Source of the DNA: a candidate division WOR-3 bacterium | GTDB lineage: Bacteria > SDB-A | Direction: 5' to 3' | Length of the DNA stretch: 48,059 nt | NCBI GenBank assembly: GCA_016934535.1 | Contig: JAFGSQ010000002.1 | Span: 1-48,059 of the forward strand | In this document: positions 37,093-46,560 of the stretch, piece after piece | How the letters are laid out: every line of letters begins with the position of its first letter | Position numbering within the stretch: the first letter of the stretch is position 1 | Program-made: the position numbers and the translations under genes | The notes under the pieces: model-generated | What the model saw: the letters and a program-made list of their open reading frames with translations, nothing else | Databases searched by the model: none | What the model was told of the DNA's origin: nothing

Positions 37093-38211
37093 TCCGTCCA
37101 AGGTACTAAGCGCATAGACGTAAGCGCCGAGAGCTGCCGCTCTTTCCGTTCCGAGTTTGGTTATTCCTACGCCTGTTCCCCTGAGTGTGTCCACCGACAC
37201 TTTTTTTGAGGAGCCCGGTACTGTGAGTGTTATTCTTTTACCTTCGAGATAAATCTCAAGTTCGTCGCGTTTTTCAAGATTGAAAATCCCGGTTTCCGTT
37301 CTCGGTATCTTTCCTCCGTGTATGCTGTCGAAAGGCGTATTCATTTCTTCAACAAGCTTTTCAAGAAAAACATCGTGAGCAAATGAAATTCCGCCGCCCA
37401 AAACCACGAGTCCGTCGATTAGGCAAACAGAGTCGGCGAGAGCGTCGGCCGCCGAACGCGCAAATTTATAAAACGCGCTTTTTGCCTGTTCGTGAAACGG
37501 CGAAAAAGGGTCTCTCGCGTAAGATGCGATTTTTTTCACGTCGACAATTTCTCCGGACGGGATTTTCGCTTCATCGGAAAACGCTTTTATTATACCCCTT
37601 GACGAAACCGAATCTTCCGCGCAGGAATTATAGAAAAACCTGTTTCTCATCCTGTTAATTTCACCCTGAGCACAGTTGTCTCCTCTGAAAAGTCTGCCTC
37701 CGACGATTAAACCACCTCCCATTCCTGTTCCGAAAGTCGCCGCTATCAGGTTCTTTGTGACTCTTTTGGATCCTCTTATTTTAAACTCGGAATTTATCTT
37801 CCTGGTGAGACCGTAAACAAACTCACCCAAGGCGAACATGTCAGCGTCATTATTTATAAATACAGGGACACCGAATTCTTCTTCGAGAAAGGCTTTGAGT
37901 GGAAATGGTTCTTTGAAAGCCGGCAAGTTGACGAGTTCGTATATCACGCCTTTCTCGTAGTCTGCGGGACCGGGAAAACCGAAGCTTATCGCATTTGGAC
38001 ATTCGTTAACTTTTTCAGAGGCGATTCTGAATCCTTCAACTATTGTTTTCAGGCAAAGCGCCAGGTCTTTCCCGTTAGAAGGCAGAAATACCGGGTCAAT
38101 TATACTTTTTTCACCTTTTAAAGCCTGGAAGGCGAAATTAGTCCCTCCGGCGTCAAGGGTCAGGATCATTCTGCCGTCACCTTGGTAATCTTTTACTTCG
38201 CTGAAATCCAC
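37087..38211 (-). CDS. ROK-family sugar kinase
   Basis: LDAGGTN, FPGPADY, INNDADMFALGE, GTGMGGG; no HTH. Confidence 0.88.
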   Translation of the reverse strand: MDFSEVKDYQGDGRMILTLDAGGTNFAFQALKGEKSIIDPVFLPSNGKDLALCLKTIVEGFRIASEKVNECPNAISFGFPGPADYEKGVIYELVNLPAFKEPFPLKAFLEEEFGVPVFINNDADMFALGEFVYGLTRKINSEFKIRGSKRVTKNLIAATFGTGMGGGLIVGGRLFRGDNCAQGEINRMRNRFFYNSCAEDSVSSRGIIKAFSDEAKIPSGEIVDVKKIASYARDPFSPFHEQAKSAFYKFARSAADALADSVCLIDGLVVLGGGISFAHDVFLEKLVEEMNTPFDSIHGGKIPRTETGIFNLEKRDELEIYLEGKRITLTVPGSSKKVSVDTLRGTGVGITKLGTERAAALGAYVYALSTLDGS

Positions 38212-38216
38212 GTCCT

Positions 38217-38245
38217 ATTATATGCGTCGGAAATTTATCTGGCAA
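38217..38245 (-). promoter_or_regulatory. sigma70 promoter of the ROK gene, probably leaderless
   Basis: TTGCCA-17 nt-TATAAT-5 nt-GTG. Confidence 0.7.
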
Positions 38246-38274
38246 ACGGTTCACCTTAAAATTTCAAAACCAGC

Positions 38275-38303
38275 TTGTCGTGCAACCCTGAAATAAATAT
38301 AAT
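38275..38303 (+). promoter_or_regulatory. sigma70 promoter of the small OMP gene
   Basis: TTGTCG-17 nt-TATAAT, followed by an AAGGAG SD. Confidence 0.6.
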
Positions 38304-38329
38304 TACCAAAAGCCAAAAAGGAGTTCAAA

Positions 38330-38794
38330 TTGAAAAAAATCGTTATCTGCTCCCTTGTACTGATAGTATTCGCCGGAACCTTGTTTGGTCAGTCAAAAAG
38401 ATTCGGGCTTGGAATAGTAGTCGGCGAACCGACAGGATTTACTGCAAAATACTGGCTCTCCCCCGTCAATTCATTGAACGCCGCCATAGCATGGTCGGTT
38501 TTCGACGACAATTCTTTCGAGGCTTTTTATATCCACATCGATCACGTCTTTTACTACTATGATCTGTTCAGGGTGCAGTCAGGAAAAGCGCCTGTTTTCA
38601 TAGGCGTTGGAGGAAGATTTTACTTTCCCAGACACGACGACACAAAGATAGGATTTCGCATACCGATGGGTCTCGCGTATATGTTTGAACAGGTGCCGAT
38701 AGAGATTTACGGGGAGATTGCGCCTGTTATAAACATCGTCCCTGAAACGGACGTTGACCTGGACGGCGGCGTCGGCTTCAGGTATTTTTTCTGA
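38330..38794 (+). CDS. Small outer-membrane beta-barrel protein (DUF3996-like)
   Basis: Signal peptide; FGLGIVVGEPTGFTAKYW; amphipathic strands; C-terminal GVGFRYFF. Confidence 0.8.
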   Translation: MKKIVICSLVLIVFAGTLFGQSKRFGLGIVVGEPTGFTAKYWLSPVNSLNAAIAWSVFDDNSFEAFYIHIDHVFYYYDLFRVQSGKAPVFIGVGGRFYFPRHDDTKIGFRIPMGLAYMFEQVPIEIYGEIAPVINIVPETDVDLDGGVGFRYFF

Positions 38795-38814
38795 TCCTTC
38801 CGTTTAACGGCATA

Positions 38815-38839
38815 AAAGACGCATTGCGCCTGTCTTTTT
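38815..38839 (+). terminator. Possible terminator after the OMP gene
   Basis: AAAAGAC...GTCTTTT weak stem ending in a T-run. Confidence 0.35.
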
Positions 38840-38961
38840 GAAAATTATCGGACCAAGGTTTCGTCAGTCGGGTTTTTATAAGTTTCATCTTTTTGTTGAA
38901 AATCTGTTGATTTCATATAAGAACGGTAGTAATAGCGGCAAATCTAACGGAGGTAATCCTT

Positions 38962-41478
38962 ATGCCTTGTATCCCTTTATTTCTACTTTTGCTGTCGAAT
39001 ATGTCGGGTATTCCGGTAACCCGTTGGGTGGGTTCGGAAAAACCCACCTCCTTTGCCGAATGGTCTTCAGCTTTTCCCGCTGAAAATCACCTCTCTCCGG
39101 CAAATGTTTTCCAACAGTTTTCTCCTGGAGCCGACCTCATCGAAATTATTGTCGAATCATCATTATACCAGTCCCTGACCGCCGAGATATCCGTTCTGGC
39201 GTCCGACTTGCAGTCTGAAGGATACTCTGTTTCAGTTGATACGGTTCGCGGCGTTCAGACTCTTGGAGCTTGCGTTTCGCTTAGAGATTTTCTGATCTCG
39301 AAGTTTCCGCAGGATCTAGTCGGCGCATATTTCATAGGGAATGTTCCGGTCGCCTGGTTCCAGATGATTGATGACTGGGGCTCCGGTCCGGAAAGTTACG
39401 AAGAATTTCCATGCGACCTTTTTTACATGGAACTTGACGGCACATGGGCGGATGAATCTCTATGGGTTAACCCAAATCTTTTTTTATCACCCGGACCCGA
39501 TGGTATTCTGGATTTTCACACAGGCAACACTTCCCCCGAAATCTGGGTGGGCCGGCTCTACCTTTCTTCCCTAGGCGATGAAGATTCACTGGCAAAAGTA
39601 TATCTTCGGAGATCTCACCTTTACAGGACAGACTCGTTTCAGTCCGTTTCAAGAGGTTTGAGTTACGTAGACGACGACTGGGCTTATTGGGCTGGAGAAT
39701 TCAGCTCCAACATGCAATCGGCTTATCTGAATGTCACGTCGGTTTCCCAGATAGACACAACCAATCCCGTAAATTACAAGAAATATTTGTCGTCCACTTA
39801 TGAATGGGTCGGCATCTTTTGCCATTCTTCTTACATGCATCATTCATTTAAAGTTCAGGGGGGAGCTTCATGGGCGGACATGTACGGATCAGAATTGCCA
39901 GGATTAAAACCTCTCGGGCTCTTTTATAATTTATTCGCATGCTCGAACACAAGATTCATCGAAAACAACTTCATGGGCGGCATGTATGTGATTAAAACTC
40001 CTTTCGGCCTTGAAGCCGTGGGCTCTACAAAAACGGGAAGCATGCTAGAATTCGGTTATTTTTACACCCCTCTTGGACAGGGACAGAACATGGGCGAAGC
40101 TTATCTTGCCTGGTATCAGCACATAGCATCAAACGGCTTCACGAACACAGAAAAAGCGTGGCATTACGGAATGACACTTTTCGGCGACCCGACTCTGTCG
40201 CTGAAAACTCCCGGTCCTTTTTTATATGTAACGGATTTTTCCGTCTTGGATGCATCCGGCAATAACAACGGAAGAATAGACCCGAGTGAAACCGCCGACA
40301 TTACATTTTCCGTATTCAATCTACCGGACGCTCAAAACGCATATTCAGTAAACGCGACACTCGCATCACTGGACAGTTCTCTATTTGTTTCTACCGCGAA
40401 TTCTTCCTGTCCTTCAATTCCTGCAGGCGACACGCTTGATCCGGCTTTTACTTTTACTGTCGATGCGGCCGCTTCATTCACCCCTCATCAGGCGCAGATT
40501 GCTCTTTACATGAACGATTCTTCCTCCGGGAGAGTCATCTGCGACACGTTTGATTTATTTATCGGAAGACATCCTGTACTCGTCGTCGATGACGACGGAG
40601 GCAATTCCACTGAAGGCGCATGTCTTCAAAGCCTTGAAAATCTCGGTGTCTGTTACGAATACATCTGCAGGGATTCTTTCCCCGTTGCAGACAATCTTCT
40701 TTCCTCGTACGAAATGATAATATGGCTGACGGGCGGAGTTTCCAGCGGAACTCTCACCGCACAGGATCAGACGGACATCGTCGATTACTTTAACGGCTCC
40801 GGAAAAATCCTCATTTACGGACAGAGCATAGCAGAAGAACTGTCCGGCACCTCTTTTCTCTCGGATTTCCTCGGCGTCTCGTGGCAAGGCAACACGGCCA
40901 ATCATTTTCAGACCGGTATGGCTTCAGATCCGATAGGAGAGAATCTTTTACTCGCTACTTCAAACCAGACGTCCCAGGATATGCTTGCTGTCATAAGCGG
41001 TGTTTCGGAATGCTTCAGGTATCAGACCAACCCTGAACAAACATCCATGATTAGAAAAGAAAACCCTGGAAAATGCGTCTTCGCGGGATTCGGTTTCGAA
41101 GGAATAGTATCTACGATTCCGGGTTACGCTCCTGTCGACACTTTATTTTCCAGAATTCTAAATTACATGGAATTGAACGTCGGCGTCGAGGAGGAGATTC
41201 CAGAAGTGCCGACAATCACAGGTTTTTCCGTCTTTCAGACATTCGCGGGTATTTTTTTCAGGATATCCGGCGCGAATACTGGTCAAATTTCGATTAAAAT
41301 TTATGACGTCTTGGGAAGACGCGTAAATACCGTTTATGAAGGACCGGCCAGATCAGGCAATGAATTCTTCTGGGATTTTAGCGATGAAACGGGAAGAGAA
41401 ATCTCTTCGGGCACATACTTTGCCATTTTGACTCTAGGCTCAAAAGAAACAGCTGTCAAATTCACGGCGTTGAGGTGA
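38962..41478 (+). CDS. C25 (gingipain-like) cysteine peptidase with Ig-like domain and FlgD/T9SS-like CTD
   Basis: IGNVP, CDLFYMELDG, PEIWVGRL, putative His (IFCHS) and Cys (FACS), FGDPTL; C-terminus IYDVLGRRV...WD...SSGTYF...KFTALR. Confidence 0.8.
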   Translation: MPCIPLFLLLLSNMSGIPVTRWVGSEKPTSFAEWSSAFPAENHLSPANVFQQFSPGADLIEIIVESSLYQSLTAEISVLASDLQSEGYSVSVDTVRGVQTLGACVSLRDFLISKFPQDLVGAYFIGNVPVAWFQMIDDWGSGPESYEEFPCDLFYMELDGTWADESLWVNPNLFLSPGPDGILDFHTGNTSPEIWVGRLYLSSLGDEDSLAKVYLRRSHLYRTDSFQSVSRGLSYVDDDWAYWAGEFSSNMQSAYLNVTSVSQIDTTNPVNYKKYLSSTYEWVGIFCHSSYMHHSFKVQGGASWADMYGSELPGLKPLGLFYNLFACSNTRFIENNFMGGMYVIKTPFGLEAVGSTKTGSMLEFGYFYTPLGQGQNMGEAYLAWYQHIASNGFTNTEKAWHYGMTLFGDPTLSLKTPGPFLYVTDFSVLDASGNNNGRIDPSETADITFSVFNLPDAQNAYSVNATLASLDSSLFVSTANSSCPSIPAGDTLDPAFTFTVDAAASFTPHQAQIALYMNDSSSGRVICDTFDLFIGRHPVLVVDDDGGNSTEGACLQSLENLGVCYEYICRDSFPVADNLLSSYEMIIWLTGGVSSGTLTAQDQTDIVDYFNGSGKILIYGQSIAEELSGTSFLSDFLGVSWQGNTANHFQTGMASDPIGENLLLATSNQTSQDMLAVISGVSECFRYQTNPEQTSMIRKENPGKCVFAGFGFEGIVSTIPGYAPVDTLFSRILNYMELNVGVEEEIPEVPTITGFSVFQTFAGIFFRISGANTGQISIKIYDVLGRRVNTVYEGPARSGNEFFWDFSDETGREISSGTYFAILTLGSKETAVKFTALR

Positions 41479-41526
41479 AGTCAAAAATATATACTATTCT
41501 GAATTATGGCTTTTCCTGAAACAGAT

Positions 41527-44500
41527 TTATTTCGACTTCAGAAGTTTGCTCAGTTCTATCAAACTGTAGGGTTTTATAAGAAAACCGCTGAAACCGTACT
41601 TTTTATAATTAGAAATGACGGGATCGTCTGAATAACCGCTCGAAACATAAACGACCGCATTTGGATCAATTTTGAGAATTTCGCCGACTGCGTCCCTGCC
41701 GCCCATGCCTCCTCCCTGTATCGTCAGGTCCATAATGACAGCTCCATAACGGCGACCCGCAAGAAGAGCGTCGGCGTATTTCTTCAAGGCTGCGTTTCCG
41801 TTTGGAGCGGAGTCAACTTCATACCCGAGATAACAAAGCATGTCGGACAGAACATTGACAACGAGTTCTTCGTCGTCCATGACCAGAATTCTGCCTTTTC
41901 CTTTTTCAGGTCTGGATTGATTTTCTTCACGAACCGGTTTATTCCGGCTTGCGGGAAGATAAATCCTGAAAGTAGTTCCTTCACCCCGTTTTGAAAGCGC
42001 TTCAATGAAACCGCCGTGGTTTTTGACTATTGAATATGCCGTAGTGAGACCCAGACCGCTTCCTGAATCTTTTGTAGTAAAAAACGGATCGAATATCCTT
42101 GAAAGGTCATCCTCTTCTATTCCCGGACCCGAATCAGCAAGGGATATGATTACATAATTCCCGATCGAAACCGGCAGCGCCAAATCTTCGTCTATGTGCA
42201 GATTTGATGCCGAAATTTTTATGACGCCTCCTTTTGGCATGGCTTGAATCGCATTAATAATAATGTTGTTGAGGACCTGGACTATTTGTCCTTCGTCAAT
42301 ATCAACGGGAAATACTTCTTCGGATAATTCGAATTCGCATCGGCAACTTGAACCTCTCGTCGCAAAAATCCCTGTGTCTGTCAATATTTCCGCAAGGTTC
42401 ATTGCTTTTTTTATCGGTTGTCCGCCTTTTGAAAAAGTGAGAAGTTGTCTCGTAAGGTTTTTTGCCCTTATCGCCGCTGTTTCCGCTTCTTCCAGCAGTT
42501 TCCATGCTTCGCTGTTTTGATCCAGGTAAACGCGGGACAACGATATGTTGCCCAAAACTCCCGTCAGAATGTTGTTGAAGTCGTGTGCTATTCCTCCCGC
42601 GAGAATCCCTACGGACTCGAGCTTTTCTATTTTCATGAGTTCTTCTTCCATTTTCATCTGATGTGTCTGATCGCTCAATATCCCGTTTGCCCTCAGAATC
42701 TCTTCCCCTTTTCTTTCAAACCTCACGGTAGCTCTGAAACACAGGACGCTGCCGTCGGATTTCACTGCCTTGAAGCGGATTTCCATAAAATCTTTTTCAT
42801 TTTTTGGATCGTATACCTCGGAGATTGCTTTTATCACTTCTTCCTTGTCTTCTTCACGGATCATAGAAAACAGGAATTTTTTCGGGTCTTCAAAAGCTTC
42901 GGAAAGAGGGTACCCCAAAACGTTCTCAATTGAAGGTGACAATAACTCGAACTTGTTTTCTTTAAGATTCAGTCTGAAAAGTATATCGGGCGCCAATTCC
43001 ATAAAATGTCTGAATTTTTCTTCGGAGTTTTTCAGAGCGTTTATATATTTATTCATTTCTGTGAAATCCCTGACTATAGCCTGTAAGTAGATGTTGTTTC
43101 CCGAAGTAAATCTGTTCAATGAAACCTCGGCATCAAAAACCGATTCGTCGCCTCTTTTATGTATCCAATCGAACCTTTGAGGAAAGCCTGACATGGCTTT
43201 TTCCATATACGCAATAGCTTTTTCCCTGGACCTCGTACCGTCTGTCTGAAATTCGGGTGAAGTCTCGAAAGGTTTTTTCCCCACCAGAACATCTTTTGGG
43301 AGACGAAACATCTCACATGCTTTTTGATTACAGTCTATAAAAAGATGATCTTTCATCATAAATATGGCGTCGTCCGCGCTTTCGAATAAAAGCCTGTATC
43401 TTTCCCTGCTTTCTTCAAGCGCTTTTTGGGCGTCTTTTTTGAATGTTATGTCTTCGATGGATCCGTCTATATACAAGATTCTGCCGTCTTCCGATTTTAT
43501 GTGTTTTTCTTTTGCCAGGCACCAAATTATCTCTCCGCCCTTTTTTTTCATCGGAATTTCAAAGTCCATCACAGAGTCATTTTTACCGTGAAGATCGATG
43601 AGATTCGCTCTGTCGGCGGGGAGTGCGTAGAGATCCAAAGCATTAATTTTCTCAATTTCGCTGAAATCTCTGTAACCGAACATTTTTACGAACGCATGAT
43701 TCGCCGAGACAATATTTCCCTCAATGTCGGTTCTGAAAAGACCAATTTGGATATTTTCCTGCAAAGTTCTTATGTTCTTTTCGCTTTCCGACAGTTTTTC
43801 CTGAGAAATCTTCTTTTCAAGAATTTCCGAGAACAGTCCGGCAGTGTTTTCAAAGAATATCTTGTCTTTTTCCTCGAAACGCTTTTTTTCCTTTCCAATC
43901 AAATGCATGACACCGAAAACTGCGCCGAAGTCGTTGGTCAGGGGCCATGAAAAAAGCGATTTCATTCCTTTTTTAACAATCGATTCCGAAAACATCCCGT
44001 ACAGAAAGTGTCTTTCGAGATCCGGAGCGAAGACCGGGATTTTCGTTTCGGCAACATATGTTGTTATGTGGCTTTTTTCTGCCAAAAGTCTCGGCTTTTT
44101 CTGATCAATTTCTTCATCCGGACAGAAGCCGAACGTCGAAACAAGATCGAGCTTTTCCTTTTTTTCGTCCACAAGCCGCACCGATCCCCTGTCCAGGTCG
44201 AGTATAGTCACAAATTTTTCCAGGAACAAAGAACAAAGATCGATCACGTTTGTTGAATTTGAGGACGATTCGACAAGCGCGTGATATGCGTCTCTTTCTC
44301 TTTTGAGGTCGTTTTCCGCTTTCTTTTTCATCGTCACATCTTCTGCTACAACGAGATTGCCTTCTTTTGTTCTGCGAACAGTATATGACAGGTGTTTATC
44401 GCCGAATTCCTCCTCACCGCTGACCGCTGTACCTTTTTCAATAGAATTGATGTATGAAGCAAAGGCTTTTGATTTTTTAAAATCAGGAAAAAGCTGGTAC

Positions 44501-45036
44501 AGATTCTTCTTTTCCAGCTCTTCTTCCTTTCTGCCGATTAGTTTACAGTAAGCTTTGTTGAAATATATGAGATTATAATCGTCGTCAGTCGCCAAGACTG
44601 GATTGTTCAGGCTGTTTAATATTTCTTTTATCTTGATCTCTTCTTTTTCGAGTCTTTTTTGAATTTCTTTGAACTCGGTTATTTCGTTGCCGATTGCAAT
44701 GTAGTTGTCTTCGTTTTCGGTTGCGAAAAACATTATTTTGATATGAAAATGCCTCTGTTTACCATCTTTGACGAACATTATTTCGTATTCGTTGCCGCCC
44801 AGGGCTTTGGCTTTTTGCAGAGATTTTTCTATAGCGGTGTATTGACCGGGATCGTGAAGATCTTTAACTTTTTTACCTTCATAATGAGATGGGGGCTGGT
44901 TTTCAACATCGGCAAAATTTTCATTTACCATATCGTAGTAGTATTCTCCGTCTCTGAACGAGACAACCCAGAATAATATACCTGTTTTGCTTTTTATTAT
45001 GGAAAAAAGATTTTCTTCACTCAGATTAAAAGACAT
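41527..45036 (-). CDS. Cytoplasmic hybrid sensor kinase (multiple PAS, GAF, HisKA, HATPase, receiver)
   Basis: AHDFNNIL, NAIQAM, FDPFFTTK, GSGLGL; receiver LVMDDE..MDLT..SSGY..KPY. Confidence 0.94.
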   Translation of the reverse strand: MSFNLSEENLFSIIKSKTGILFWVVSFRDGEYYYDMVNENFADVENQPPSHYEGKKVKDLHDPGQYTAIEKSLQKAKALGGNEYEIMFVKDGKQRHFHIKIMFFATENEDNYIAIGNEITEFKEIQKRLEKEEIKIKEILNSLNNPVLATDDDYNLIYFNKAYCKLIGRKEEELEKKNLYQLFPDFKKSKAFASYINSIEKGTAVSGEEEFGDKHLSYTVRRTKEGNLVVAEDVTMKKKAENDLKRERDAYHALVESSSNSTNVIDLCSLFLEKFVTILDLDRGSVRLVDEKKEKLDLVSTFGFCPDEEIDQKKPRLLAEKSHITTYVAETKIPVFAPDLERHFLYGMFSESIVKKGMKSLFSWPLTNDFGAVFGVMHLIGKEKKRFEEKDKIFFENTAGLFSEILEKKISQEKLSESEKNIRTLQENIQIGLFRTDIEGNIVSANHAFVKMFGYRDFSEIEKINALDLYALPADRANLIDLHGKNDSVMDFEIPMKKKGGEIIWCLAKEKHIKSEDGRILYIDGSIEDITFKKDAQKALEESRERYRLLFESADDAIFMMKDHLFIDCNQKACEMFRLPKDVLVGKKPFETSPEFQTDGTRSREKAIAYMEKAMSGFPQRFDWIHKRGDESVFDAEVSLNRFTSGNNIYLQAIVRDFTEMNKYINALKNSEEKFRHFMELAPDILFRLNLKENKFELLSPSIENVLGYPLSEAFEDPKKFLFSMIREEDKEEVIKAISEVYDPKNEKDFMEIRFKAVKSDGSVLCFRATVRFERKGEEILRANGILSDQTHQMKMEEELMKIEKLESVGILAGGIAHDFNNILTGVLGNISLSRVYLDQNSEAWKLLEEAETAAIRAKNLTRQLLTFSKGGQPIKKAMNLAEILTDTGIFATRGSSCRCEFELSEEVFPVDIDEGQIVQVLNNIIINAIQAMPKGGVIKISASNLHIDEDLALPVSIGNYVIISLADSGPGIEEDDLSRIFDPFFTTKDSGSGLGLTTAYSIVKNHGGFIEALSKRGEGTTFRIYLPASRNKPVREENQSRPEKGKGRILVMDDEELVVNVLSDMLCYLGYEVDSAPNGNAALKKYADALLAGRRYGAVIMDLTIQGGGMGGRDAVGEILKIDPNAVVYVSSGYSDDPVISNYKKYGFSGFLIKPYSLIELSKLLKSK

Positions 45037-45105
45037 AACCTGCCTGTTATCCTTTTTTCTATTAGTATATTGCCATAAATCATAATAATCAATCCTTGTT
45101 TATAA

Positions 45106-45134
45106 TTGTATTTTGAATCCGCCGGAATTATAAT
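45106..45134 (+). promoter_or_regulatory. sigma70 promoter of the helicase, probably leaderless
   Basis: TTGTAT-17 nt-TATAAT-5 nt-ATG 45140; no SD. Confidence 0.65.
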
Positions 45135-45139
45135 GATAT

Positions 45140-46555
45140 ATGAAAATATCAGTATCAAACGTCATCGAAATCGAGAATTTCGAAGAGCACGATTTTCTAA
45201 TCCCTTATATAAAAAAACACCTCACGATACCGAACAACGAATATTTTATTCGAAAAAAAATGGGAAAAAGCCTTTGGGGCTATAAAAGCGTTCAAACTTT
45301 TTTCAGATTGACAGATAATAAAATTGTCGTGCCAAGAGGATTTTTACCGGAATTGACACGTTATCTTTCGAAAAATTCGATTTCATTTCTGACCTCGGAT
45401 AAAAGACATGTTCCGAATAAAATCATTTTTCCTTCAGACATTATTCTTTTAAAACACCAGAACAAAGCGCTTGAAAGCGCCATGAAAAATGATTGCGGCA
45501 TAATAGTCGCTCCTCCGGGTTCCGGTAAAACCGTGATTGCCCTGAAGATAATCAAACAAAAATCCTTTCCTGCTCTCGTTCTGGTTCACAGAAGGCAGCT
45601 TCACGATCAATGGTCCGACAGAATACAATCTTTTTTGAAAATACCCAAGAAAGACATAGGCTTCATAACATCGAAAAAGATGAGAATAGGGGAAAGAATA
45701 ACGTTGACGACGTTGCAAACGCTTTCCAAAATCAAACCCAATGATATAAAAAACATTTTCGGAACTGTGTTTGTAGATGAATGCCACCACATACCGGCAA
45801 AAACTTTCAGAAAAGCTGTAGTCAAGCTCAATCCCCTGTATATTTACGGATTGACAGCTACGCCTGTAAGGAAGAATAAAGACGAAAAAGCGATTTTCAT
45901 ATTTATTGGGGACATAATACACGACATGTCAAAAGACAGTGAATCATCATTGAGGGAGAATGTTAATTCAAAAGGAGAAATATATATAAAAATAATATCT
46001 ACCTGTTTTTCCGTTCCTTTTGACTTAAAAACAGGTGACATAAATCTCCTGAACAAGACACTTATTTTCGACACAACCAGAAACAGGACGATTCTTGAAA
46101 GAATGAATCAAGAGCTTGAAGATGGTAAAAAAGTGATATTGATAACGGAAAGAAAAGAGCACATTGAAGCCTTGAACATGTTTATTTCAAGCAAATATGA
46201 CTGCGTGAATATAACAGGAGACGATTCGGCCAGGAGCAGAACTTATAAAACGGAAAAAATAAAATCCGGCGACTATCAAATTATTATGACTACGGGACAA
46301 TTTTTCGGAGAAGGCGCGGATGTTCTTTCTCTAGATTGTCTGTTTCTCGCCTTCCCTCTTGCCTTTGACGGAAAACTGTTTCAGTACATAGGCAGAATTC
46401 TCCGCGGCGATGACAATAAAACAATTTACGATTTCAGGGATTCAGGCGTGGAATACTATGAAAACCAGTTCAGAAAAAGAGAACGTTTTTACAGAAAAAT
46501 TGAAAATTTGCTTAAAAGGCCCGTTCGAATAGAATCCGAACGGGCCAAACAATAA
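45140..46555 (+). CDS. SF2 DEAH-box helicase (ResIII/XPB-like)
   Basis: APPGSGKT, DECHH, GLTATP, GEGAD, QYIGRILR. Confidence 0.9.
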   Translation: MKISVSNVIEIENFEEHDFLIPYIKKHLTIPNNEYFIRKKMGKSLWGYKSVQTFFRLTDNKIVVPRGFLPELTRYLSKNSISFLTSDKRHVPNKIIFPSDIILLKHQNKALESAMKNDCGIIVAPPGSGKTVIALKIIKQKSFPALVLVHRRQLHDQWSDRIQSFLKIPKKDIGFITSKKMRIGERITLTTLQTLSKIKPNDIKNIFGTVFVDECHHIPAKTFRKAVVKLNPLYIYGLTATPVRKNKDEKAIFIFIGDIIHDMSKDSESSLRENVNSKGEIYIKIISTCFSVPFDLKTGDINLLNKTLIFDTTRNRTILERMNQELEDGKKVILITERKEHIEALNMFISSKYDCVNITGDDSARSRTYKTEKIKSGDYQIIMTTGQFFGEGADVLSLDCLFLAFPLAFDGKLFQYIGRILRGDDNKTIYDFRDSGVEYYENQFRKRERFYRKIENLLKRPVRIESERAKQ

Positions 46556-46560
46556 AAATC

